Shown here: piece by piece, positions 41,854-54,938 of the stretch
Position numbering within the stretch: position 1 is the first letter of the stretch
How the letters are laid out: every line of letters starts with the position of its first letter
Source: Octopus sinensis
Lineage: Eukaryota
DNA length: 64,000 bases
Direction of reading: 5' to 3'
NCBI RefSeq assembly: GCF_006345805.1
Contig: NC_043001.1
Coordinates: 4,712,001-4,776,000, forward strand
Translations under genes and position numbers: made by a program
The notes under the pieces: model-generated
Told to the model about the DNA's origin: nothing
Databases searched by the model: none
What the model saw: only the letters and a program-made list of their open reading frames with translations

Positions 41854-42984
41854 GTTATATTTAACAATGCATTGTAAAATGTATAGGGCATTGTTTTAAA
41901 TGTTTCTGAAACGAGGCATGTATCGATAGCCGTTGAACTCCGATTAAAAACACACGAACGACCATTGAACTACAAGAGAATCGAAATCACAAATCATAAC
42001 CTGGTAATCCAAACACCGAATTCTTTGACTGATGACCCAAATACATTTTCATTTTAAATACCTTGATTTATTTCTATAATTAATTTGTTACTAACCAACC
42101 TCTTCCTGCTTTGAGAAACTAAACACAAAAGAAAATCGAAGACTATAACGATTGGAAACTAGAGGGGAAAATACATACAACCAGAAAATATTAGCGGAAA
42201 AAAAAAAGAAATAATTTCCATTCAATCTTTTCTCTTCACAGCCTTTTTCTGACATGTTCATAAACAGCAACGAACAAGATTTGTTGTGGCATTTTGGGCG
42301 TCCATAATATATTAGAAATCATTTGTAACGTATACTTCTTATTCATGTTTTTCTTGTTTTCTACGAGTTTGTTATTTTCACACTTCCATATAGTAAGTCT
42401 CTACATTTACGCGCATGCGTATGTGTCTTTAGCAAACACATACATAGATAAACTCACAATCATTCATACAAACACACATACACACACAATGACGTGTACA
42501 TATATTAAAACATTATTATCATTATATATTGTTGTGTGCATATAAAATTGGTTGCGCACACACATACGGACTCAGGGAGAGAGAGCACTGTTGAACATAC
42601 ACTGGTATATGCACATACATACATTCACTCACACACACACACATCCACACACACAAGCCCACATACACTCAAATACAAATGTACACAAATATATTGTCTT
42701 TTATCCACGTTTTGTCGATTCTTTTCAAGCCAATTTCGATAGCTATATATCTGCAATCATTATTTCATTAGTGAAGAGAACATTTCGATCAGAATCTATA
42801 CAAATGGCAACCAATGCAGAGGTTATCGACGAGGGCAAATCTCTAGAATCGGGTTCCATTTAGAAAGATGTTTAAAATTCCACATTTGTTCTTTTTTGCA
42901 TTTTGTGAGTGTTTATTTTTATTTACTCTTGTACGTTATTTTTTTCTGTATATCTCATTATTGCTTTTATTGCCTCTATTTTCA

Positions 42985-43077
<93 letters not shown>

Positions 43078-43817
43078 GGTAGTTTATTGTTATTATTGAT
43101 GCGGTTCTTTTTAATGTTGCGTTGTTTTGTTGTTTTCTTTGCTGCTGTTGTGTTTGTGTTTTTTTATTGCCTGTGTTGCTGTTATTTCGTTGTTGTTGTT
43201 GTTTTCTAAATTATGTCGATGCTGCTGTTGTTGATGTTCTAAATATCAAGGTGACAAACTCGCAGAGTCATTAGCAAGCCTGCCAATAAGCTTAGCGGCA
43301 TTTTTGTCCTCTTTTGGTCTTGTGTTTCCCTGGGGATCGAATTTGCGTTTCATCCTTCAGGATCGTAAAATATGTATTGATCGAACACTGGAATCAAGTT
43401 ACCCAACCCCTTCCCGATTGTTCTGGCCTCCTACCAAACTTTGAAATTATGATTATTAATCTGATGTAGTTGTTCTTAATGTGGTGAGGAGACAGAATTA
43501 TTTTTAGGATGCAGGGGCAAAAGCTTGCTGACATTTCGCCGGTCTTTACGCTCTCAGTTCAAATTCTGCCGCGGTTGACTTTGTTTTTCATCCCTTCAGC
43601 TGTATATTGGGGACCATCCGACGAAATTGCTGCCCTTGTGCCAATATTTGAATGAATTATTATTGCTATTATTATCATTATTATTAGTGTTATTGTTGTG
43701 GTCTTTGTATTGTCTTCCTTCTCCTTGCTGACTTGTGGGTTTATGTTTCCACGAGCACCACTTGGAATCCTGCTGCTTTGTGGGATTTATTTGTTATAGG
43801 TCTTTGTTTTTTTTTAT

Positions 43818-44053
43818 AACCTATTTCTTTACTACCCACAAGGGGCTAAACACAGAGAGGACAAACAAGGAGAGACAAACGGATTAAGTCGATTATATCG
43901 ACCCCAGTGCGTAAATGGTACTTATTTAATCGACCCCGAAAAGATGAACGGCAAATTTGACCTCGGTGGAATTTGAACTTAGAACGTAGCGGCAGACGAA
44001 ATACCGCAAAGCATTTCGGCCGGCGTGACAACGTTTCTGCCAGCTCGCCGCCT
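43818..44053 (-). mobile_element. SINE family B, full length
   Basis: Reverse complement aligns along the length of 31051-31280. Confidence 0.88.
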
Positions 44054-44180
44054 TTTATTTTGTTAGTACCGCTTTACAAAATTTTTATACCACACATCTT
44101 GTTTGTTGTTCTTTTGTGCCGCCCCCTATCATTTATATAAAATTTGTGTGGAAAGTAAAGAAAATAGTACTATTATAACA

Positions 44181-44668
44181 GAGTGAGAGAACAGTGAATG
44201 CCATCAATGTGACTCTGGAGTGCAGTGATAGAAAGCCCAGTATATCCATCATGACTGCTCCTCTCGTAGGTGTACGCGAGGCATATGCATCACAAACACG
44301 TGTGTGCGACATATCTGATATCAGGATAGACAGCGCATAATTGGCAGGTGGGGCAGCCCATCCATGTCAAAAGGTCCCTGAACAGAGGTAACTATGTTGA
44401 GGGAAACACCTATCTTTCTAAAGGTGAATTATCCAAAACCCACAGAATTCCTCTCAAAACATGGATATGATGCTCCGCCACTACTCTCGACACTATGGGA
44501 AATGCTCAACACAATAAGGTTAAACAACTGACAAGTAAAACTGCTGTAATGAGCAGAATACTTGCTCTAGTTCATCTTTTATACCAAGACAAAACAATGC
44601 CCATGATAACACATGCAATCGTTTAAGAGGAGAAGCGATGTGAGCAACTGTCTGCTACTACATCAGGG
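44181..44668 (-). mobile_element. Same ~540-bp non-coding element, near full length
   Basis: Starts with gccctgatgtagtagcag right after (AAT)n on the minus strand and ends ..ctctcactc. Confidence 0.8.
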
Positions 44669-44710
44669 CATTTATTATTATTATTATTATTATCATTATT
44701 ATTATTATTA

Positions 44711-44782
<72 letters not shown>

Positions 44783-44786
44783 TGAA

Positions 44787-45120
44787 GGCGCATGGCTCAG
44801 TGGTTAGAGCGTCGAGCTTATGATCGTGAAGTTGTGAGTTCGAATCCTGGACCGGGCTGCGTGTTGTGTTCTTGAGCAAGATACTTTATTTCACGTTGCT
44901 CCAGTTCACTCAGCTGTAGAAATGAGTTGCGACGTCACAGGTGCCAAGCTGTATCCGCCTTTGCCTTTCCCTTGGATAACACTGGTGGCATGGAGATGGG
45001 AGGCCAGTATGCATGGGCGACTGCTGGCCTTCCATAAACAACCTTGCCCAGACTTGTACCTTGGAGGGTAACTTTCTAGGTGCAAACCCATGGTCAGTGT
45101 CATGACCAAAGTGGGTCACA
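44787..45120 (+). mobile_element. tRNA-derived CORE-like SINE, family C
   Basis: ggcgcatggctcagtggttagagc..gagttcgaatcc (clear A and B boxes), followed directly by gtgttcttgagcaag..ctccagttcactcagctgta and an (ATT)n tail. Confidence 0.8.
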
Positions 45121-45126
45121 ACAATT

Positions 45127-45157
<31 letters not shown>

Positions 45158-45339
45158 TTATTCTATGTTTGACTTTTGCTTTACATTTGCACAAGTTGGC
45201 TCCAAGTCTCCACCAAGGACCTCAAGTGACAACAGGTTGCAAGTTCATGTTGTTGTTATGTTTAGCGTGCCATATGTTTGGTTTTATATTTAGTTAGTTA
45301 GTTAGTGTTGTACTAGTGAATGTCTATGAAAATTATGTT

Positions 45340-45516
45340 TGTTTTAAAACTTGAGATTACATAGAAAGTATTTTGCATAGGATATGAGCAGTTACCATGA
45401 GCAGTATCTTTTGAATTTCTGCCATTTTTAGATTTCCTGATTAGGTAGCATTCAGCCGCTTTTGCTATCATTTCCAGGGCCCCTACGGCAACAGGTATTG
45501 TTTTAGTCTTCAGGTT
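45340..45516 (-). mobile_element. Short R4/Dong-like RLE C-terminal remnant
   Basis: LKTKTIPVAVGALEMIAK..YL matches the same C-terminal motif seen at ~11480-11530. Confidence 0.5.
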
Positions 45517-45827
45517 CCAAAGTGACACTGGGGTAAATATATGAAGCCCAGTATACTCATGACTACCTGTCTGATAAGGGTAAACTAGGCACATGCATCA
45601 CAACCATATGTGCACGACATGGTGATCTCATATCACGATAAACAGCACATGACCTTGCAGGTGGGGCCCAGTTAGAATTTTGTTCTAGTCGAGTAGCCCA
45701 TCCCGATCAAAAGGTCCCTGAATAAGGGTTGTTTAAGGTTGTTGACGGAAAAACACCCGTGTTTACAGAGGTGAATTATTCAAACCCCAAAGAATCCCTC
45801 TCAACATATGGCTATGATGCGCCCCCA
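45517..45827 (-). mobile_element. Same non-coding element, truncated
   Basis: caaagtgacactggggtaaatat..gaatccctctcaacatatggctatgatgc; abuts an R4-like remnant and (ATT)n. Confidence 0.75.
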
Positions 45828-45852
45828 CATTATTATTATCATAATTATTAGT

Positions 45853-45916
<64 letters not shown>

Positions 45917-46085
45917 TATTATTACTATTATCATTATATTATTATTATTATTATATTATATTATTATTATTATTATATTATTATTATTATTATTATTATT
46001 ATATTATTATTATTAATTATTATTATTATTATTATTATTTTATTAATATTAATATTATTATTATTATTATTATTATTTATTATTA

Positions 46086-46116
<31 letters not shown>

Positions 46117-47059
46117 TTCAGACAGCCTCTTGATATTATCACGTGCTTTCGTTGCACTACCGAGCGCACCTGTGTGTGTTTTGATTGTGTGTTGTGGTTT
46201 GTTACAATGAAATATTAAAATAATGGCTCTCGTCTGCTTCATCAGGCGCCCGTGTCTTTTTCTTTTTCCACGAGGAACTTTAAAGCTCCTCCTTCTATTG
46301 GGATATTTTATTGTTTAATTTTTCATTCGTTTTCTTTGTCTGGCAGTTTTATTGAATGTCCTTCAATTTTGCTTTATGTTAGCCCTTGTAAGCCCATAAA
46401 AGAATTAATTTATTATTATCATCATCATTATTATTATTACTATGGTTGTTGCTATTAATATTATTATTATTATCATTATTATTATTATTAATAATAATGT
46501 AGTTGTTGCTGCTGTTATTATTATTATTATTGTTATTTTTTTGGTTTATTTTTATAATTATTGTTGTTGTTCTTGCTGTTATCATTATATTACTATTATT
46601 ATTAATATTATTATAATTGTTGTTGTTGTTGCAATTATCATTATTTAATATTATTATTATTGTTGGTGCTGTTGCTGTAATTATTCTTGTGTTGTTGTTG
46701 TTCTTCTTCTTTATCATTATTATATATTATTATATTATTATAATTGTTGGTGTTTTTGCTGTTATTATTATATTATTATTATTATTAATTATTATTATTA
46801 TTATTATTATTATATTATTTTATTATTATTATTATTTATTCTTGTATTATTATTATTATTATTATAATATTGTTATTATTATTATTATTATATTATTATT
46901 ATTATTATTATTGTTGTTGTTGTTGCAATTATCATTATATTAATATTATTATTATTGTTGGTGCTGTTGCTGTAATTATTATTGTTGTTGTTGTTGTTCT
47001 TGCTGTTATCATTATATTACTATTATTATTAATATTATTATAATTGTTGGTGTTGTTGC

Positions 47060-47108
<49 letters not shown>

Positions 47109-47414
47109 GTTATTATTATTATTATTATTATTATTGTTATTATTATTATTATTGTTGTTGTTGTTGTTGTTCCAATTATCATTATATTAATATTATTATT
47201 ATTGTGGGTGCTGTTGCTGTAATTATTATTATTATTGTTGTTGTTGTTGTTCCCAATATCATTATATTAATTTATGATTATTTTGGTGCTGTTCTGTAAT
47301 TAATATTGTTGTTGTTGTTGTTCTTGCTGTTAATCATTATATTACTATCTTATTATATTATTATAATTGTTTGTGTTGTTGCTGTGTATTATCTATATTA
47401 TTATTATTTTATTA

Positions 47415-47449
<35 letters not shown>

Positions 47450-47600
47450 GTTATTATTATTAATTATTATTATTTTTTTATTATTATTATTATGTTGTTG
47501 TTGTTGTTCCAATTATCATTATATTAATATTATTATTATGTTGGTGCTGTTGCTATGTAATTATTATTATTGTTGTTGTTGTTGTTGTTGTTGTTAATGT
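45824..47600. repeat. (ATT/GTT)n compound microsatellite with higher-order repeats
   Basis: Recurring marker blocks: gttgcaattatcatt (~46628, 46922, variants 47169, 47506) and gttcttgctgttatcattatattact (46569, 46996, 47321). Confidence 0.85.
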
Positions 47601-47799
47601 TGCCATGGCAACTACTTATTTCTGATATGTGATTCCTCTTCACATTAAACTTGCAGCAAATTTAATTCACTTTATTCGCATCCTTTTTTTCTTTTTTGCG
47701 TTGTTGCTGTTGTCGCCGTAATTATTTCACTAAATGATGCTATTGTACATAAGCAGCCGGTTCAGTATTACTAATAATGCTACCAGTTATGCTACTTCT

Positions 47800-48462
47800 A
47801 ACAACAGTAGTAGTAGTAATAGTAGAAGTAGTAGTAGCAGCAAGAGGAGCAGTAGTAATAGTAGTAGTAGTAGTAATAGTAGTAGTGATGGTGCCATAAG
47901 TAATGATAATTCTTATTGTGTTTTTCTATTTTTGTTATTGTGTATAGTATCATTTAACCCTAGGTCAACTCTGATCGTGTGGATCCATGATCAAAGACAT
48001 TCCACCTGTAATCATTTAAAGAGTGTTTTCTTTTTTTCTTTTTATTTCTTATGCTTTCTTCGTTTTCTTTTGTCCTTTACTTAAAGATTAAGACAAGTAA
48101 TACTTTGCTGCTGTTTCTAGCAATTAGAGTTTCTACATCGGTGCTCCAATATCTCTATTGGTGAGAGTAGTGACGGTGATAGGTGGCGTGGTCTTGTTAG
48201 TATTAGTAGTAATAGTAGTTTTAGTAGTAGCAGTAGTAGCACCATCAGTATCAGCAGCAGCAGCGGTAGTGGTGGTAGTTGTAGTAGTAGTAGTACTAGT
48301 AGTGCTGTTCCATCTCTTATTGACGCAACAGTGACTGCTGTTTCTTCACTTACTACTACCACCACCACCAATACTATTACTACTGCTGCTACCACTGCTG
48401 CCGCTGCAGCTGTGTCTTGTGGTGGCGTTGGTGTCTTCCTTTTCCAGCGCGGGAAGAGCAAC

Positions 48463-48498
<36 letters not shown>

Positions 48499-48575
48499 AA
48501 TAAATGAGGAAAAGGCAATAACAATAGAACGGAATAGACATTATGGCACTACTACTACCATTACTACTACTACTA

Positions 48576-48620
<45 letters not shown>

Positions 48621-49260
48621 GTTGCTGCTGCTACTACTACTACTACTACTACTACTACTCTACTACTACTGCTGTTGTTGTTTTTTTTTTGTTGTAACCT
48701 TTTTGATTTGAATGCATTCATTTTAAGATTATGATATTTGTAAGCGGTGATGTTGTTGCTGTTGTTGGCGTCGTTTCCAATAAGAAAAATAAAGTAGATT
48801 TGAAAATACAGACGATGATGACGATGACTATGATGATTACGATAATGATGATGATAATGGTGGTGTTGGCGGTGGTGGTGGTCATCGTCGTCCTGTTGCT
48901 GATGACAATGATAGCTAGGATAATGTTGGTGGCGATGACGACTACGACGATGTTGATGATAATGATGATGACTACGATGGGTTTGGATCGGTTGTGGTGG
49001 TGCTGATGATGATGATGATGATGATTATTTTGATGATGATGATGATGATGATAATGATGATTAGAAGGAGGAGGAGAATTATGGTGGTAATGGTGGTGAT
49101 GATGGTGTGGTGGTAGGGGTCGTGATTATGATGATAATGGCTGTCGAGATCGTGGCGGTAGCAGTGATGATGCTGAAGCTGATAATACAGATGATGCTGA
49201 TGAGGATGCTAATGATTGCGATGATGATTTTGCCGTTGCTGCTGCTGTAGTGTTCTAACA
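47800..49260. repeat. (TAG/TAC)n, (GAT)n and (GGT)n low-complexity block
   Basis: Directly visible trinucleotide runs. Confidence 0.8.
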
Positions 49261-49715
49261 TCTGTTGTCTTCTCTTTGTCCTCCCACAATTTATTCAGTA
49301 CATGATGCTATAACAAATTATTCACCACCGAAGCTCATATTGATGCGATACCTTTAATTACACACTGGTAATTAAGATAATAATCAATCTTTCAAACTCT
49401 ACTTCTTCTTCTTCCTCATCTCCTACCAGTTCTCTTCTTTTTCTCTCTCTACATGTGTTGCTTCTTCCTCTTTCTCCTTCATTTCACCCCTTCTGACTTA
49501 TCTCCTTCTTCTTTATTTCCTCTCTTTTAACTAATATTTTTTTCTTCTTTTGTATTCCCCTCACTTGTATTCTTCACTATGTTCTACCACCACCACCACC
49601 ACCACCACCGTCACGACTACCCCGTTTATCATTTGAGCGCAGCTTAATGATCAGCTCACCTCTGCTTTTAATGGGGAAGGACATGGAAGTATATCCCGTG
49701 TGGAGTGATTATGCT

Positions 49716-50063
49716 GAAACAGGTTGTCTGGTTACCAAAAAAAGCAAAACCAAAATGGCATTCCGTCAGTTAAGACGATGATCATTCCAGTTGATCCGAT
49801 CAACGGAACAACCTGCTCGAGAAATAATCGTACAAGAGGCTAAGCACTCCACGGACAAATAATTATCAGGGAGATATTGTGTAACACAAATTGCGGGAAA
49901 TCTGGCCCTTTGAATTACAACTCATTTTTGCCACGTATGTGGAGTGGAACAGCATGAAATAAAGTGTATTGCTCGAGGATCAAGGACACGTCGCCTCTCA
50001 GGAAATCGAACTCAAGACCTAACAATCATGAACCGAATGCGCTAACCACTAAGCCACGTGCTC
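49716..50063 (-). mobile_element. CORE-like SINE, degraded
   Basis: Minus strand gcacgtggcttagtggttagcgcattcgg..gagttcgatttcc..ccttgatcctcgagcaatacactttatttca. Confidence 0.6.
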
Positions 50064-50704
50064 TTTCACGGGTTTTGTGGAGGACGAGGTTGAGAAAGAT
50101 TGAGGAGAGGAACTTTCCTTTTCAGTGGAGCTCTCATCGCATTTTTCCTGTTCCATCTGTACAGTGAGACATGAAAAAGCAGGAATGAGTGGTTAAGCAC
50201 TCTTTTGAAACGAACAATGGTAAGCATGTCTCTGTCGGTCGGAGGCTGAAAGCAGGGCAATACAGCAGTGATTACGCCCTCACTGGCAGGCTGAACATGG
50301 TCCTTAGTTGTTCCTTGACGGAACCAATTTTGAAGTTCCCCTTTTTAAAGGAGACTAAATGTTTATATGTTCGCATGGTTTGTATACTATATGTGCCGTA
50401 TCTAACTCGTAGCTATTTAGTTGTTGAGCCACATTCACCAATTACCAGAGTTCTTGTGAGACTAGCGCGATTCCTCCTCCTCTCATGTAAGACACTTTCA
50501 CTATATTTCTTAATTTCCTTGTTCACCAATTTATTGTCATATGTTATTGCATAATAAATGACTTAATCTTCTCTTGTCTCTGTAATCATATCGGGGCAGT
50601 CCCCGATATGATTACAGGAGTTGCTTCTAAAATATTTTCGAAATTTCAACTATAAAGAAATAAATTTTTCTGGGGATCGCAGACAGGAAGAAGCTGAAAC
50701 TCAC

Positions 50705-50767
50705 CTCCCAAGATAAGTCAAATAATTCATCATGGAAGTTGAAACTCGTCGCCGCTAGTTTTGAACG
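50705..50767 (-). CDS. Candidate 63-nt host exon (RSKLAATSFNFHDELFDLSWE) or UTR exon
   Basis: Strong donor GAG|gtgagt and acceptor cctcatcccattag|. Confidence 0.2.
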
Positions 50768-52173
50768 CTAATGGGATGAGGCTTCGCAATTTCAAAAGGA
50801 ACGAAATACAATAGCTTTAAATATATCTCAAAATCTTGCAAAGAGATACTCGGTCCTCTATACGTCATAATTATCAGAGAGATTAACCAAAGTTTAGTTA
50901 ATATGGCAGATATCACTATAAACTTTTGTAACTCTTCTTTCAAATGATTTCCCTATTACTCTATCCCCTAATTGGGTGGTTGGTGGATGAATGGATACAT
51001 AGATATATAACAGAAAGTAAATGAACACGGCTTTACTTATTAAAACTTAACATTCAGTATGCTATATGCCCATGAGGATGCTGCTTTATTCATTACGTAG
51101 AATACTCCGTCGGTTTTCAATTTTAAGATCATTAGGAACATGGACGCGTTCCGGGAAATATTTTGTGAATGGATTAATATGGACAAATTTACTACTTCCT
51201 TATCAAATGTTCAAACGTTCTCATCTAAATTTATTCCTAGCGATGCACAGGTCGGGTACTTCATTAGATCGTATAACATATATATTTTAGTTATCTGATT
51301 AATTCACGCATTCGGACGCATTTCAATACTACATAAACGAAAACCAAGGATATCATTGAAAGGGAGATAGTAACGCAGTAATACTATCACAGAACAGGAA
51401 TGTTAAAACATTCAAAATATTTATATCGTAAAATGTTGTGTTAATCTGAGAAATCAAAACCCACTATCTCCCAAATTTGTGCCAAAATATAGTAGGAACA
51501 GAATTGTTCCTCTGTTTATGCTCATTCTTTGAAATTCCTTGAGTTGGCAGGATGCCTTATGGCGTTATTACATTCTCGCATTTCCATAATCAAAATGAAT
51601 TTCTTACATTTTCCATTGCGTAACAATATTGAAACGATTCTTGGAATGAACACTCTTTGCAATGTGCCTTTTTTCGCTTTCAGTTTAGCAGTTGTTCTCA
51701 ACCAGAGTCATAGAAACATTAGGAGTTCATAGAATGTTCGGTGTTTAAATTTATGTGAAATAAATTGGTTATATTTTTACAATATACAAGCTACTTCAAA
51801 ATTTTCTTGTAAAATCCCGAAAAATCTACAATTATAGATATACAATGTGGATTTCCTGTATTAAACGAATGTTGATAGAGACTCAGTAAATCAAAATAGG
51901 AAGAAAAGGGGTCCACAGGCAAACAATTCTTTGAGAGCCATGATCCTTGGGGTAAGACTGTGGATCACTCGACGTCTATCGGATCCCATAATTGAATTTT
52001 ATAATTGATAGTTTAATAGTCTCAGCTTTATTGCAATAATATATATACCCTAAATATGTGTAATTCGAGTGGGCGATGTTTTAAAAGCTATAAACACAAT
52101 ATATTTTAAATGCATGGAAGAAGACAATTTTGTAAAGGTTTCATTGGGAAAGAATTATTTCCCTGTCTACGGC

Positions 52174-52340
52174 TACGAGCTGGTGGAATCGTTAGCAGAC
52201 GGGACAAAATATTTAGCGACATTCCTTCCGTCTTTACGTTCTGAGTTCATGTTTGGTCGAGGTCGATTCTGCATCTCATCCTTTTTTCGAGATCGATAAA
52301 ATAAATATCAGTTGAAGATAGGTAGCGACGTTATCAACAT
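52174..52340 (+). mobile_element. SINE family B, degraded
   Basis: cgagctggtggaatcgttagc..gttctgagttc..ggtcga..gatcgataaaataaata. Confidence 0.6.
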
Positions 52341-52793
52341 ACGAAATTCGAAATCGGTATTATACAATGTAAATGCCATAAGTTATTTCCGATCGGTCTA
52401 TGCTTAATGTCTAACATACAATTTATCGTCTCTTGATGTTTGGCAATTCTGGTTGAATCTCTGTTTCTGATTTTGTCAACTCAGGCAGTTTCTGCACACG
52501 TTTTCTAATAACAAACTGCGGACAACCATAGAAAATGTAATTAATTGCTACTTTCCGTCTAGCATTTATTCTGCTATTATGTAAGGTACATTACTTTGGT
52601 ATACGAGGGTATTTACTAATAGAAACGATATCATCCTGTTGGGATTGAAGTTTCGGTTAATGGCCAAGTAGGGGTTTTAATACCACTATTGTAGTACTTT
52701 AAACATATTCTGTATTGGAGCATGATTGAAACATAAAACTGTAAAAATAAATATCAATAAATATGAATATATATATATATATATATATATGTA

Positions 52794-52960
52794 GGCGTAG
52801 GAGTGGCTGTCTGATAAGTAGCTTTCTTACCAACCACATGGTTCGAGTTCAGTCACACTGCGTGGCACCTTGGGCAAGTGTCTTGTGAGTAGATTTGTTA
52901 GGCGGAAGCTGAAAGAAGCACGTCGTATATATGTATATATATGTGTGTGTGTGTGTGTGT
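52794..52960 (+). mobile_element. SINE family A, 5' part
   Basis: ggcgtaggagtggctgt..ccttgggcaagtgtc..gaaagaagcacgtcgtatat. Confidence 0.75.
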
Positions 52961-53281
52961 TATTCATAAATATATATGTTTATATACCAGTTTGGCCAAA
53001 GGTTACACGACGGTAAATGAAAATTCTATAAATATTTAATAGTCAATTTCATTTATTCATTCCAATTATGAATGTTTACAAGAAGAACGTCAGTTTGAAC
53101 AAGTTTCATGATGTTTCATAATATAATGCATTTATTAAAACATTTAGTTGTTAAAGGTAAATGAATTTATATTAAATGGTTTTGATTTACTATCTGGGGA
53201 CCTTGGCCAAAACTGTATATGTTGATACATATACATATATGTACGTGCACACACACATAATATATATATATATATGTATGA

Positions 53282-53313
<32 letters not shown>

Positions 53314-53776
53314 TTATATGTATACACATATCATGTATACATGTATATATAGCATATATATGTGTATACATGTATCTATATATACATATATTATATATAT
53401 ATGTATATATGTATACATGTATACACATATATATGCATATATATACATGTATACATGTATATGTATCAACATATACAGTTTTGGCAAGGTCACCAGAATA
53501 GTAAATCAAACCATTAATATAAATTCATTTACCTTTAACAACTAAATGTTTTAATAAATGCATTTATTATGAAACATCATGAAACTTGTTCAAACTGACG
53601 TTCTTCTTGTAAACATTCATAATGGAATGAATAAAGAAATTGACTATTAAATATTTTAGAATTTTCATTTACCGTCGTGTAACTTTTGGCCAAACTGGTA
53701 TATAAATATATATATTTATGAATAACACACACACACACACGCATATATATACATATATACGACGTGCTTCTTTCAG
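52909..53776. repeat. Large near-perfect inverted duplication (fold-back)
   Basis: 52909-53237 is the reverse complement of ~53455-53776, with differences almost all 1-bp indels. A further inner pair is 53332-53375 / 53413-53457. Confidence 0.85.
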
Positions 53777-54299
53777 ATTGATGACACCCACCCACAACCC
53801 CCCCAATCCCACCGTTCCCCTAGCACCCCCGATTACCTTTTCTCCTAAGACCTTTCACATATTGTATGTGTACGCTTGTATATGTGTATTGTATATATGT
53901 ATAGAAATGTATTGGTATAGTAGGAATATACGCATGTATTATGTGTGTGTGCGTGTGTATGTATGTAAAAATAATATAAATGTATGTGTGTGTGTTGTGT
54001 GTGTGTGTGTATATATGTATATGTGTATATGTGTGTGTATGCATATGTATATGTATATGTATGTATGTATATATGTGTATGTATATATAAAATATTATAT
54101 AATTAGGGCTTAGTAAAATAAATTACTTTGCCACATACTGAACTTTCTAGAAATAGCAGCCAAAAAAGTTTTTGAGCCATTTCCACTACTTAAAGAAAAT
54201 TTCTCTCAGACAATGTTTACTCAAAAATAATGGTCCTTTTACATACTGAATACTTGGTGAAATTGATTAATAACTAATTAACTTTACCCTCAATTGTTG

Positions 54300-54334
<35 letters not shown>

Positions 54335-54353
54335 TATAGATATATATATATAT

Positions 54354-54397
<44 letters not shown>

Positions 54398-54514
54398 GTA
54401 TGTATGTGTATTGTGTGTGTGTGTGTATAATATATATATATATATATATATATATGTGTATGTATATATTTATATATATATATATATATGTATATATATG
54501 TGGATATGTATATA

Positions 54515-54549
<35 letters not shown>

Positions 54550-54657
54550 AGTGTACGCGAGTATGTCGATTATGTAGGTATGTAGAGTTATGTGTATGTG
54601 CATGTATGTGTGTGTATATACAGATTGTAGATGGGGATATATATATGTGTATGTGTG

Positions 54658-54732
<75 letters not shown>

Positions 54733-54857
54733 AGGTATGTAGAGTTATACGTATGTGCATGTGTGTGTGTGTGTATGTGCAATATAGTAGATAGGTGTAT
54801 ATATGTATATGTGTATGTGTATATATGTGTATATGTGTGTGTGTATATGTGTGTATG

Positions 54858-54901
<44 letters not shown>

Positions 54902-54902
54902 A

Positions 54903-54935
<33 letters not shown>

Positions 54936-54938
<3 letters not shown>

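Noticed and set aside
44787-44860. Possible tRNA gene
   Set aside because: A and B boxes are present, but there is no complete cloverleaf and the sequence runs straight into a CORE-like SINE body.
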